Assembly (NCBI GenBank): GCA_963719495.1
Contig: CAVRCI010000013.1
Location: forward strand, 320,001 to 384,000
Reading direction: 5' to 3'
DNA length: 64,000 bases
From: an uncultured Verrucomicrobiae bacterium
GTDB lineage: Bacteria; Verrucomicrobiota; Verrucomicrobiia; Chthoniobacterales; JAATET01
Shown here: positions 19,143 through 29,148 of the stretch, piece after piece
How the letters are laid out: every line of letters begins with the position of its first letter
How positions within the stretch are numbered: the first letter of the stretch is position 1
Notes under the pieces: model-generated
Databases searched by the model: none
What the model saw: the letters and a program-made list of their open reading frames with translations, nothing else
What the model was told of the DNA's origin: nothing
Program-made: the position numbers and the translations under genes

Positions 19143-20339
19143 TCAGCGCTTACCGCGAATTACCACGCTTCCCTTCTTTTTCGTGGATACCGTTGCGTTG
19201 GAAGCATTGACGACTGTGAGGGTGGTCCGGATCTTCCGCTCACGGCCGGGGCGGCGGCGAGTTTTGACGCGGAAGACGACCCGGGCGGATTCACCCGGTC
19301 CAAGATTCGGAGTGGCGGCGTTGTTGTTCAGAAGCGACCGCGTGATTTCCCGCCCATTGAGCTTGAAAACACGTTCAAGTTGCCGCGGGGGGGTGGACCG
19401 TTCGCCGTTGGCCTCCCCCTCCCGGGGTTGTGTCGTCCGCCCGCGGAACAAATAGGTCTCCGCGGAGGCGGACCGATTGGTGATCACGAAGGTCGCGCGG
19501 GTCCGGGGGCGGTTGCTGACCACGCGAACGGAAGCGGGGATTTGACCATCGACGTTGGGGACGGGCCTCGGCTAAGGACTTGCAAACGGTTGGTTGAGGG
19601 CGGTTTCGATAGGCGCGAGTCCATCGGTAAGGAATGCGGTATTCACGTTGCCAGCTGGATCGAGAATGACGGTCGTTATGTCGCTCAAGGCGTCGGCCGG
19701 CGTGCCTCGCCCACCGCCGCTCCCGGCAATATTGCGCGCCGTGGAGAAGTAAACCAAGCTTGCGGTGGCTCCCGGCTCGATCGAGAAATTCGCTCCGCTG
19801 GCCACGCTCTCCGGGACGACGGTCAGAGTGGGAAGGACGGTCGCAGCGGCGCTCGCGACAATCGTTCCCAGCGCGGGATCGTTGTTGCTCGTCGGGCTGT
19901 CGGCGCTCACGGCCCAACGAATCAGGGGCGCGGAAGCAAAAACAAAGTTATTATCATCGTCAGCGCCCACGCCGCCGCCGAATGACGTCGAGACCGGCAC
20001 GGCGGTCGCGTTGTTGTTCGTGAGTCTAATCCACCAACGAACAAACCGAAAATCGGTGTTGCCGCCAAACGTGCCGAGCGACTGGTAACCCGTCAGTCGG
20101 ACCGAGACATCGATGCCGCCGATGTCCTGGGTAGCGGTATTTTAGATTGGATCACTTCCCGTGACCGCCCCGCGGAAAAAAGTCCCGTTGACGGCCAGTC
20201 GACCCCAGTCGTCGAAGATGTCACCTCCCCCATCCCGGATGACCGCCCCGGCTTCGACCTGGCCGTTGAGGACAATGGCGGACGCGGTTGAGACGACGGA
20301 GAAAGTGACCAAACAGGAGAGAAGAGCAATTAGTTTCAT
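19143..20339 (-). pseudogene. Secreted protein gene with two in-frame stops
   Basis: ORFs 20142-20339, 19572-20000 and 19143-19523 share one frame. Stops are TAA at 20142-20144 and TAG at 19572-19574. Signal peptide MKLIALLSCLVTFSVVSTASA. Confidence 0.75.
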
Positions 20340-20586
20340 AACTTCGGGGGGACGGAACTTCGTGGATCAGAACACAATTGCAACCACAGATCATTCCCAG
20401 TCGTGCCGCTCTTGATCTGCGACCGATGGGAAACCGGGTTCCTAGCCGCGCCCGGAAACAGCGGGCCGCCGCTGCTCAAATGTGACAACGTGAACGAACA
20501 AACCCTCCTTTGGCTATTGGAGCCGTAATGCGTGGGTGTGCGGCGCGCTGCTCGACAATGCGTCCGCGTTACGGGAAAATCTTTGG

Positions 20587-21756
20587 ATGCATCACCCGGA
20601 CAGGACGTTTGCCGAGTTTTTCGCGGGAATCGGGTTGATGAGGATCGGTTTGGAGCAGGCAGGGTGGAACATTCGGTTCGCCAACGACATCGACGAGGAC
20701 AAGTGCGGAATGTATCGGGATCATTTCGGGGATACCGATGAACTAGTCGTTGGCGACGTCCACGATTTGACCCCCGACTCCGTTCCTACGGTTGATCTGG
20801 CAACCGCTTCATTCCCGTGCAACGACCTTTCTTTGGCCGGATCTCGGAAGGGGCTTGCCGGGGCCCAATCCTCGGCTTTTTGGGGATTTGTGGAGGTTCT
20901 GTCTGGATTGGGAGACCGACGCCCTCCTCTGGTCTTGCTCGAAAACGTCACCGGTTTTTTGACGTCCCACGATGGCCAGGACCTTCGCGACGCTCTGCTG
21001 GGACTCAATCGACTCGGTTACTCGGTCGACGCGTTCATCGTCGATGCGTCGCGGTTCGTGCCGCAGAGCCGACAGCGGCTGTTCGTGGTCGGAACGAAGT
21101 CGGATCTCGTCTCCACGGTCGAAGAGACACCGAAGTTCTTCGAAGAGGACTGCCGTCCAGCCGCACTGGCGGACTTCATCCTCTGGAATCCGGAGATTGA
21201 TTGGAAGATCCGGCAACTCCCAAGCCTACCAAGGCGGGAGACAACGCTTTCGGATTTGCTCGAGGATCTGCCGATGAACTCTCCAGCTTGGTGGAGTCGG
21301 GAACGCTGCGACTATCTCCTGAACCAAATGAGTGAGAAGCATAGAGCCATCGCCGACAAAATGATCGGTGGCGCGGAGACGACTTTCGGGACGGTTTTCA
21401 GGCGGGTGAGAAAAGGGAAATCCATGGCGGAACTTCGGACCGACGGGACAGCGGGTTGCCTGCGAACTCCCCGGGGAGGGAGCGGGCGGCAAATCCTGTT
21501 CGCCGGGGGGCGCGGCCACTTCGCCGTGAGACTGCTGACCGCACGTGAATGTGCGCGTCTCATGGGCGCGGATGATTTCGCGATCAACGTTCCATTGAAT
21601 CAGGCGCTTTTCGGATTCGGTGACGCGGTTTGCGTTCCAGTGATCGAATGGATTGCTCGCAACTACTTGAATCCGATGCTGGAAAAGCTGTCTTTGCATC
21701 CAGCGAATCATGCGAAGCAGCCGCGCAGGGTCGAGAGCAAGACGAGCTACCGATAG
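20587..21756 (+). CDS. DNA (cytosine-5)-methyltransferase
   Basis: Motif I FFAGIG, IV FPCND, VI ENV, VIII QSRQR, IX RLLTARECARLMG and X FGDAV. Start uncertain (20536 or 20587). Confidence 0.93.
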   Translation: MHHPDRTFAEFFAGIGLMRIGLEQAGWNIRFANDIDEDKCGMYRDHFGDTDELVVGDVHDLTPDSVPTVDLATASFPCNDLSLAGSRKGLAGAQSSAFWGFVEVLSGLGDRRPPLVLLENVTGFLTSHDGQDLRDALLGLNRLGYSVDAFIVDASRFVPQSRQRLFVVGTKSDLVSTVEETPKFFEEDCRPAALADFILWNPEIDWKIRQLPSLPRRETTLSDLLEDLPMNSPAWWSRERCDYLLNQMSEKHRAIADKMIGGAETTFGTVFRRVRKGKSMAELRTDGTAGCLRTPRGGSGRQILFAGGRGHFAVRLLTARECARLMGADDFAINVPLNQALFGFGDAVCVPVIEWIARNYLNPMLEKLSLHPANHAKQPRRVESKTSYR

Positions 21757-21765
21757 GGCGAGCCA

Positions 21766-22698
21766 ATGGGTGCCACAACCGCTGCGCTGCGCAACCTTTG
21801 CAAGGTTCATCCGAAGCTCCTTCGGAAGGGAGGACTCTGCGTGGCGCTCGTCATGTCGGAAACAGCCAAGCGACGCGGACTTCCGCTCTCGCCGGAATCG
21901 TTGAGGACCGCAGAGGGTGGATAGGTCGTCGGACTCGGCAAGGCGGCGGTGCAAAAGATTCTCGCGGAATACGGAGTGACCAAGGTCCTTGCGGAAGAAG
22001 GGGGCCGGACCAGCCGCGGCAGTCTTGGGCTGATGAACGCTTACGTCGAGACCCTGAACGACCTGCATCGTCGGAAAGCAGTCGATTTGGACGAGGCCAT
22101 GACTTGGTGGATCGAGAAAGTGCGGGCGCACTTCGCGTCCGAGGGTCCGAAGTTTCATTTTGATCCCGGAAAATCCCTCCGCGCCAACATCGAAGATCTA
22201 CTCCGACAAGCCCACGACGTCCAAACCGAGGGCGGCGGAACGAATTACGTCGGGGCCATGCTCCAACACTTGGTTGGGGCGAAACTCGACGTCGTTCTGG
22301 GCGATGGGCAGATCGACCATCACGGATTCTCCGTTGCCGACCATTCGACCGACCGTCAGGGAGACTTCCAAATCGAAACGGTCGCGATCCACGTGACGAC
22401 CCATCCGACCGAGGCTCTCATCCGGAAGTGCGATGCGAACCTCCGATCAGGATTGAAGCCCTTGATCATCAGTCTTGGCGAAGGCGTTCTCGGAGCTGCC
22501 TTCCTGTTGAAGAACTCGTCCATCGAGGATCGCGTCGACGTTCTCGACGCCATCCAATTCCTGACCGCCAACCTCTACGAACGCAGCTTCTTCAAAACCG
22601 CCGACTGCAAGGTGACCCTTCTGAAATTGCTGACCCGCTACAACGAGATCGTTCGTGATTGCGAGACGGATCCGACGTTGTCCGTTCGCCTACCGTGA
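21766..22698 (+). pseudogene. DUF4928 family protein (putative restriction-endonuclease-like partner) with in-frame TAG
   Basis: ATG 21766, TAG at 21922-21924, then open in the same frame to 22698. Motifs EGGRTSRGS, GAMLQHLVGAKL, GDF and AIHVT. Confidence 0.78.
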
Positions 22699-22837
22699 CG
22701 AGGAAAACTGCAACCATCGGCGTCCGTGGCAAGCGCCCCTCCATCCTCGGAACCGAAGCCGTTTGTGCAATGTCTCGAAATTATCGAGCGCGTCGCGCGC
22801 GGCGAGTCCCCATAACGAAAGACCCTGCGCCGACGAG

Positions 22838-25336
22838 CTAGTCTTCGTAGCTGTCGCGATACGAAGCGACGGTGAGAAGCCGCCTTACCCGGGTCAGCGT
22901 CAGCGCCTTGATTGGACGCAGCACCACCATGCAAACCTCGCCTGGGAAGACGTCGAAATAGTTGTCGCTCAGCCGATATTCGACGCCCTCCGCTAGATTA
23001 AGAAAGACCTGATAAGCAATCCGGTCACTCGTCACGCGGATCTCGAACGTCCCCTTGACGGCTCCGACCGCCACCTTAGCCTCGACCCGCGCCCTCGCAA
23101 ACTCCACCCGCCGAGGCGGGACCAGAAACGTGGTGCTATCACTCGCCTCGTGGCCCGCCGCCTCCAGCCGACACCGGACGGCCAAGTCGTCGCGGCCATT
23201 CTTCTCGATCCAGTCACCGAGCTTCAGCACCTGACGACGGCGCGCCTCCCCGTTCGCGAGCCGCACCGCCTTCCGGCCCGTCTCCAGCACCACATTCCCG
23301 CGCACCGACCACACCGCCCACGAAAGCTCCCCCTTCACCGCCGTCGGCCCGTCGAAGACCGTATGAACCTCCACACCATCGACGTCGCTCAGCACCGTGT
23401 TCGTGCTCGTGTGGATCGTCTCACTCCCCAGCCGCTTCACCGACACCAGCGCCGGAGCGAAAAACCGCTTCGCCGCGTAGTGCAGCGCCTTCCACCGCCC
23501 GCCGAAGTCGACGCTCGACCACGACGCCACCGGCCAGCAGTCGTTCAACTGCCAATACACCGCCCCCATCGTCTGCGGCAGGTTCCGCCGCATGTGCTCG
23601 ATGCCGAACCGCAACGTGAACGCCTGCATGATCTGCGAAAGGTAGACGCACGACTCGTAATCCTTCGGAAACCGGAACAGCTCCGAGATGTAGTGAAAAA
23701 TGATCTGATTCCCTCCGCCATTCTTCTGGTGGTTATCCATCTCCGGCCCGAAGAGATTTCGGCTCTCGGTAAAAGTCCGCGCCGTCTCCACGCACGGATA
23801 AGCCTGCATCCCGAACTCCGAGAAAAATCGGTGAAACTGCTTCTCGTAGTCCGAGATCGGAGCCCGCTCGTGCCAGACGCCCCAGTAATGCGCGTCGCCG
23901 GAATCCGGGTTCTGCGTATTGCTAAAACGATCGTCCGGATTGTGCTCCGAACTCGAAATGTAAGCCGCCCCCGGCAACAGCTTCTCCAGAGTCCGAGGCA
24001 GCAGCTCGACGAAGATCTTCTCGTAATCCCGCCGCAGCTTGCGGTCCGCCCGGATTTCCGGCCCGTAAATCTGCTCGTTCTCGTTGTTCCCGCACCACAG
24101 CGCGATGTGGCTGTAATTCCGCAATCGCCGCACCTGATACTCCGCCTCCGCCTTCACCTCCCGCACGAAATCCGCGTCACCCGGATAGATCGCGCAGGCA
24201 AACATGAAGTCCTGCCACACCAGCAACCCCCGCTCCAGACACTCCTCGTAGAACTCTTCGACCTCGTAAATCCCCCCACCCCACACCCGCAGCAGGTTCA
24301 TGTTCGCCGCCACCGCCGAATCCAGCAGATCGGGAATGAGCGCCACGCCCTCGTTCACAAAACTGTGCGCCGGGATCCAGTTCGCCCCCTTCGCGAAGAC
24401 CGGACGACCATTGACCACAAAACGAAACGCCGCTCCCCACTCGTCCCGACCCCGGTCCAGCTCGATCCGGCAAAGCCCGATCCGCTGATCCCGACGATCG
24501 AGCACCACGTCGCCGTCCAGCAACTCCGCCGACACCTCGTAGAGCGGCTGAGCCCCCTGCCCGTTCGGCCACCAAAGCTCCGGCTTCGCGACGATCAGAT
24601 CGACGGACTCCCCCAAGGCACCCTCCGCCGTCGCGACCACCTCGCCGTCAAAACTCAGGACCGCCCGCGTCAGATACCGCCGCCCCGCCCGTGCCCCCGC
24701 GACCACGACCTCCACCGCGCACTCGCCGCCACCGTGCCGCTGCCGCACGGACCAATCTTGAATACGATTCCCCGACCAACCTTCCAGCCGGATCGGTCGC
24801 CAGATCCCGCTCGTCGTCAACCGCGGACCCCAATCCCAACCCGAAGCGCACTGTTCCTTCCGCAACTCCGTCCGCCCGCCCAGGTAGTCCGAAGGCACCG
24901 GCTTCCGCTCCGTCGTCCGACGCGCGATGGCGGCATCCACGCTGAGAAAGCGCACCTCGATCGTGTTTGCTCCCGCCCGCAGAAGCTCCTTCACCGCAAC
25001 CCGGTATCCCACGAACATGTTAGCCGTCTCCGCCACGAGCGAGCCGTTGATCCAGACCGACGCCACCGTATCCAATCCCTTCAGAACGAGATCCACGCAA
25101 TCGAGCGCTAGCAATTCGTCGCCAACCTCGAACTCCGCCCGATACTCCCAATCCACCCGCTCCAACCAAAGCAGATCCAATTCGTTCCGCCCATGGAACG
25201 GATCTGGAATCATCCCATTCCGGAGCAGGTCGGAATGAACGCACCCCGGCACGGTCGCCGACTTCCAAACATCCGCCCCCGCTTGGCGAAATTCCCAGCC
25301 CGAATCCAACTCAAATTTACACACAGGGTCCTTCAT
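22838..25336 (-). CDS. Beta-mannosidase (GH2)
   Basis: GWDWGP, KGANWIP, RVWGGG, WQDFMFAC, WCGNNE, SEFG and YWQLNDCWP motifs. Confidence 0.93.
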   Translation of the reverse strand: MKDPVCKFELDSGWEFRQAGADVWKSATVPGCVHSDLLRNGMIPDPFHGRNELDLLWLERVDWEYRAEFEVGDELLALDCVDLVLKGLDTVASVWINGSLVAETANMFVGYRVAVKELLRAGANTIEVRFLSVDAAIARRTTERKPVPSDYLGGRTELRKEQCASGWDWGPRLTTSGIWRPIRLEGWSGNRIQDWSVRQRHGGGECAVEVVVAGARAGRRYLTRAVLSFDGEVVATAEGALGESVDLIVAKPELWWPNGQGAQPLYEVSAELLDGDVVLDRRDQRIGLCRIELDRGRDEWGAAFRFVVNGRPVFAKGANWIPAHSFVNEGVALIPDLLDSAVAANMNLLRVWGGGIYEVEEFYEECLERGLLVWQDFMFACAIYPGDADFVREVKAEAEYQVRRLRNYSHIALWCGNNENEQIYGPEIRADRKLRRDYEKIFVELLPRTLEKLLPGAAYISSSEHNPDDRFSNTQNPDSGDAHYWGVWHERAPISDYEKQFHRFFSEFGMQAYPCVETARTFTESRNLFGPEMDNHQKNGGGNQIIFHYISELFRFPKDYESCVYLSQIMQAFTLRFGIEHMRRNLPQTMGAVYWQLNDCWPVASWSSVDFGGRWKALHYAAKRFFAPALVSVKRLGSETIHTSTNTVLSDVDGVEVHTVFDGPTAVKGELSWAVWSVRGNVVLETGRKAVRLANGEARRRQVLKLGDWIEKNGRDDLAVRCRLEAAGHEASDSTTFLVPPRRVEFARARVEAKVAVGAVKGTFEIRVTSDRIAYQVFLNLAEGVEYRLSDNYFDVFPGEVCMVVLRPIKALTLTRVRRLLTVASYRDSYED

Positions 25337-25560
25337 AATTCCGCCCGAGTTCACCCAACGCCTTACCCGCCAATGGAGCGCGCTCGGTGGGGGCAATAAT
25401 CTCGGTGATATCAACTGCTAAGCGAACTCCGTGGTTCGGAAAAGCGAAACGATGAGGCAAACGAGGATGACGAACACCTTGGCTGGGTCTCCTCACGTCG
25501 ACCACCACTGTGGCACCTCGCGAAGCGGCCATTCACCGGAGAAGCGGACGTCCCGACGTC

Positions 25561-25610
25561 CAAACTGGGGGTCAAACTGGGGGTCAGTGTGCAAAATGAA
25601 ATTTTTCGAG
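25561..25610 (+). repeat. GGGGTCAG-family element A with 12-bp tandem duplication
   Basis: CAAACTGGGGGT x2, then CAGTGTGCAAAATGAAATTTTTCGAG. Confidence 0.65.
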
Positions 25611-25653
25611 CCCCAAGGCCTTACTCCACGATCATGATCGGGAAAACTTGCTC

Positions 25654-26112
25654 TCATCCGGGGCCGTCGTTTGAGAATACGGATGTGCCGCGACAGAGCC
25701 AGTTTTCCACTCGCAACCCCTCTACCCGGCTGAATTCCGCTTCGTTTGCTGTGACCACGGTCATATCGAGGGCCTTCGCGTGGGCGGCGATCCAGAGATC
25801 GTTTGGGCCTATCGGCGTTCCTGCCTTTTCCAGCGCCCAGCGAATCGCTGCGTAATGCACCTCCGTAGGAGATTTTATTTCCACCGTCCGAATCGCACGG
25901 AGGATGCGTTCGGCCTGCCGGGCGAGTTTGTCTGATCTGCGTTTGAGCACTCCAAAGCGGATCTCGCCCGCGACCACTGGATTCACGCAAACAGCGTCCT
26001 CGCCTACTCGCTTGATCTGGTCGGCGACACGGCCCTGCGGATTCCGAATCAGATCCGAAACGATGTTGGTATCGAGCAGGAACTTCGGCGTCACGGCGAT
26101 CTTCCGACTCAA
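25654..26112 (-). CDS. vapC: VapC PIN-domain toxin
   Basis: LLDTNIVS, PIGPNDLWIAAHA and VVTANEAEFSRV motifs. Confidence 0.93.
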   Translation of the reverse strand: MSRKIAVTPKFLLDTNIVSDLIRNPQGRVADQIKRVGEDAVCVNPVVAGEIRFGVLKRRSDKLARQAERILRAIRTVEIKSPTEVHYAAIRWALEKAGTPIGPNDLWIAAHAKALDMTVVTANEAEFSRVEGLRVENWLCRGTSVFSNDGPG

Positions 26113-26366
26113 ATCGCGATCTCGTCCGTCGGGAGTAAGGTTTCGTCGATGTCGGGGAAGCTCTCCTCGATCTGACTCAGGCCTCGAAGTGTCTCCAAGA
26201 GTCCACCTGGTGTCTCGACTTCCTCCACGATGAGTTGCCGCCCCTCTCGTCGCAGCAGAACCTCGCCACCGGCAAACTCAAACTCTCTCGGAATCCGCAC
26301 CGCTTGATTGCGCCCGTTCCGAAAAAGCCGCGCAATTCGCCCTGTCGTCGTTGCCTGCTGTGGCAT
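26109..26366 (-). CDS. vapB: VapB antitoxin (AbrB/MazE fold)
   Basis: LFRNGRNQAVRIPREFEF motif. Overlaps the vapC start. Confidence 0.92.
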   Translation of the reverse strand: MPQQATTTGRIARLFRNGRNQAVRIPREFEFAGGEVLLRREGRQLIVEEVETPGGLLETLRGLSQIEESFPDIDETLLPTDEIAI

Positions 26367-26514
26367 AGGCCTCAACCTAGGTCGGAAACCTCAGACATCA
26401 AGCTGAGAAATGGCTCAGCCCCACCCCGCCGCGATTCCGCCGCAGCACGACAATCAGGCCGGATAGGCTCGCGAGGATGAGAAACAAGCTCGACGGCTCG
26501 GGCACGGGGGCACC

Positions 26515-26570
26515 GTGGCGGGGTCAGTCCGTGGTGGCGGGGTCAGTCCGTGCATTGGTTCAGTTTCGAG
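26515..26570 (+). repeat. GGGGTCAG-family element B with 19-bp tandem duplication
   Basis: GTGGCGGGGTCAGTCCGTG x2, then CATTGGTTCAGTTTCGAG. Confidence 0.7.
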
Positions 26571-26597
26571 AGGTCACGCACAGGCGATTCATCAGAC

Positions 26598-26629
26598 GAG
26601 GGTCAGTCAATTCACATTGACACATTTCC
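26598..26629 (+). repeat. GGGGTCAG-family element C
   Basis: GAGGGTCAGTCAATTCACATTGACACATTT closely matches element D. Confidence 0.65.
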
Positions 26630-26913
26630 AACTTTTTTTCTGACGAGCCGCGGCGATCTCAATGTGAATTGAATTCGCTGCCTCGTTCGACTCGCTGGCG
26701 AATCCGAGTGGACAACGGGAAGCGTGTATTCCGGAAGACGTGCGGTGAAAATTTTGTTCCTTCGCGTCTTCGACCTGATCTCGGAGCACTCTTCGGCATC
26801 TTCATCAAGCAGCCCCATCTTCAAACTCGCTCGCGTCGCGAGCCGCGCTACACTCTCCTTCTCATGCCAATCGCCGACCAAATCACCGTTCGCAGACTGG
26901 ACTGGTCGGTCGC

Positions 26914-28131
26914 TAGTATACTGTAACGCGCTATCTTGCGTATTGAGTCGCGCTCATCGGAGCGGTATGTGGGTGGATGGCAAATCGATATCGCATCACT
27001 TTAACCGAGTCCGAACGTGAGTATTTGAGCGCGCTGGGCCGGACTTCCAAAACCGACGCCAAGCGATGTGTGCATGCTCGAACGCTTTTACTTTGCGACG
27101 TTGGCGAGCACGCGCCAGGTAGAACAGTGTGGAGGGTGGCGGATGTCGCCAGTGCTCTGGGGATCGGCGTTCGCACCGTCGAACACATCAAGGAGCGCTT
27201 CGTGGAGGATGGGTTGGAGGCAGCGCTTGGACGCAAGCCGAGAACCGGTCCTCCGAGGATTACCTTCGATGGAGCCTTTGACGCGAGGGTGACCGCCTTG
27301 GCGTGCTCCGATCCTCCCGATGGACGCGCCCGGTGGACCGTCCGTCTTCTCGCCGACAAAGTCGTGGAACTCAAGATTGCCCCCAGCGTTTCGACGATGA
27401 CCATTCAGCGGTCTCTAAAAAAAACGAATTACGCCCTCATCTGAGCAAATATTGGAAGATCCCTCCAGACGGCAGCGCCGCTTTCGTTGCTTGCATGGAG
27501 GACGTTCTCGAACTCTATCACGCACCCTACGATGCGCTCTTCCCCCTCGTCTGTATGGATGAGTCGAGCAAGCAACTCGTTGGCGAAGTCCACGCGCCCA
27601 TCGCCAGCGCTCCCGGCAGGGCGCGGATCGAAGACCACGAATACGTCCGCAACGGCGTGGCCGAAATTTTCCTCGAAGTCGAGCCGCTGGGCGGACGCAG
27701 ACATCTGGAAATCACCGAACGCCGCACCCGCAACTAATGGGCCCAGTTCATTCGCAGCATGCTCGACGAACGCTATCCCCACGCGACCAAGGTGCGCTTG
27801 GTCATGGACAACCTCAATACGCACAACATCGCTTCGCTCCACGAAGCCTTCCCTCCCCAAGAAGCTCGCCGATTGGCCGAACGCCTTGAAATCCACTACA
27901 CCCCAAAACATGGCAGTTGGCTCAATGTCGCCGAGATCGAGTTCAGTGTCCTTCAGTCCCAATGCCTGAATCGTCGCATTCCTAACATTGAAACGCTGCG
28001 CTCGGAAGTCGCGGCTTGGGAGGCCGCCCGGAACGAAGCCGCCCGCACCACTTCGTGGCGCTTCACCACCGCCGACGCGCGGGTCAAATTGAGACGGTTA
28101 TATCCGCAGCTTTAGTCGTTACAGGATACTA
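26914..28131 (+). mobile_element. IS630 family element
   Basis: Terminal inverted repeats GTAT(A/C)CTGTAACG, flanked by duplicated TA at 26914-26915 and 28130-28131 (CTAG context). Confidence 0.92.
26977..28115 (+). pseudogene. IS630 transposase with -1 frameshift and an internal stop
   Basis: HTH ORF joined to the DDE ORF at the A8 run 27417-27424. Catalytic motifs CMDES, VMDNL and WLNVAE. Premature TAA at 27735-27737. Confidence 0.88.
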
Positions 28132-28153
28132 GCAAGGAGGGCACTAAAGCCTG

Positions 28154-29035
28154 ATGCCTTCTGACGGCGATATTGAATTGCCGCTCTTCAAGGCTTCGGA
28201 TGCGGCGAATTCCGACGATAGTGCAGGAATCAAGCTAGCCACCCGTGACGACCGCGGCGACACATTCGGAAAATACATTGTTTACGTCGATGAAAGTGGT
28301 GATCACGGAATGCAATCGATCGACGAGCAATATCCGTTGTTCGTTCTAGCTTTCTGCGTCTTTCACAAAGTCCATTACAGTCGAAAGGTCGTCCCGGCGC
28401 TTGAGACCTTCAAGTTCAAGCATTTTGGCCACGACCAGGTTGTGCTGCACGAGCAGGAAATTCGGAAAGAGAAAGGAGCCTTCACAATTTTCCGGACGCG
28501 CGAGCACAAGGAGCAGTTCCTGGGCGAACTGACCTCGATCATTGAGGAGAGTCGCTTTATTCTGATCAGCTGCGTCATCGACAAGCGGCGGTTGCAGCAA
28601 CAGCAAGAAAAGCCGTCAAATCCCTATCACATTGCCCTCCGCTTTTGCTTGGAGACACTCTATGAGTTTCTCGAGGAGAAGGGTGAGCAAGGCCACCTGA
28701 CCCACGTTGTCGTCGAGCAACGCGGACGCAAGGAAGATGACGAATTGGAGTTGGGATTCCGCCGGATCTGCGACGGGAACAATGGCTGCGAGAAGACTCT
28801 CCCCTTCAAAATTCTCTTTTCGGACAAAAAGGTAATGTCATCCGGTCTGCAACTGGCTGATCTGGTCGCACGACCGATCGGTCTTTCCGTCTTTCGCGGG
28901 GATCAGCCGAACCGGGCATTCGACGTTCTGAAGCAGAAGTTCTTCTGTGCGGGCGGTCGGGAGAAGGTTGGTGAGGACTATCAGGATTGGGGTTTGAAAA
29001 TTTATCCACCCCATGAAAGCGAAAGGCCTCGATGA
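28154..29035 (+). CDS. DUF3800 domain protein
   Basis: YVDESGDH and GLQLADLVARPIG motifs. Confidence 0.88.
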   Translation: MPSDGDIELPLFKASDAANSDDSAGIKLATRDDRGDTFGKYIVYVDESGDHGMQSIDEQYPLFVLAFCVFHKVHYSRKVVPALETFKFKHFGHDQVVLHEQEIRKEKGAFTIFRTREHKEQFLGELTSIIEESRFILISCVIDKRRLQQQQEKPSNPYHIALRFCLETLYEFLEEKGEQGHLTHVVVEQRGRKEDDELELGFRRICDGNNGCEKTLPFKILFSDKKVMSSGLQLADLVARPIGLSVFRGDQPNRAFDVLKQKFFCAGGREKVGEDYQDWGLKIYPPHESERPR

Positions 29036-29081
29036 AACTCACCGAGGCACAGACGCCGACCGGGTTCTCCCAATCCACTTG
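29016..29081 (+). ncRNA. Candidate DUF3800-associated structured RNA
   Basis: Hairpin GCCTCG-A-TGA-AAC-TCA-C-CGAGGC followed by GCCGACCGGG, overlapping the DUF3800 stop. This is the position where DUF3800 RNA motifs are described. Confidence 0.6.
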
Positions 29082-29148
29082 AGGGAGTCTAGTAGACCAT
29101 CGTGCACCGGGCAACAAGTGGTAAATGAATCCGAGTCGGGTGGAATTG

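Noticed and set aside
26612..26881. 89-aa minus-strand ORF next to IS630
   Set aside because: No motif, RBS or codon-bias support.
19572..27737. Stop-codon reassignment or read-through explaining the four in-frame stops
   Set aside because: Both TAA and TAG are involved, and all three stop codons end intact genes in this window. Pseudogenisation or error is simpler.
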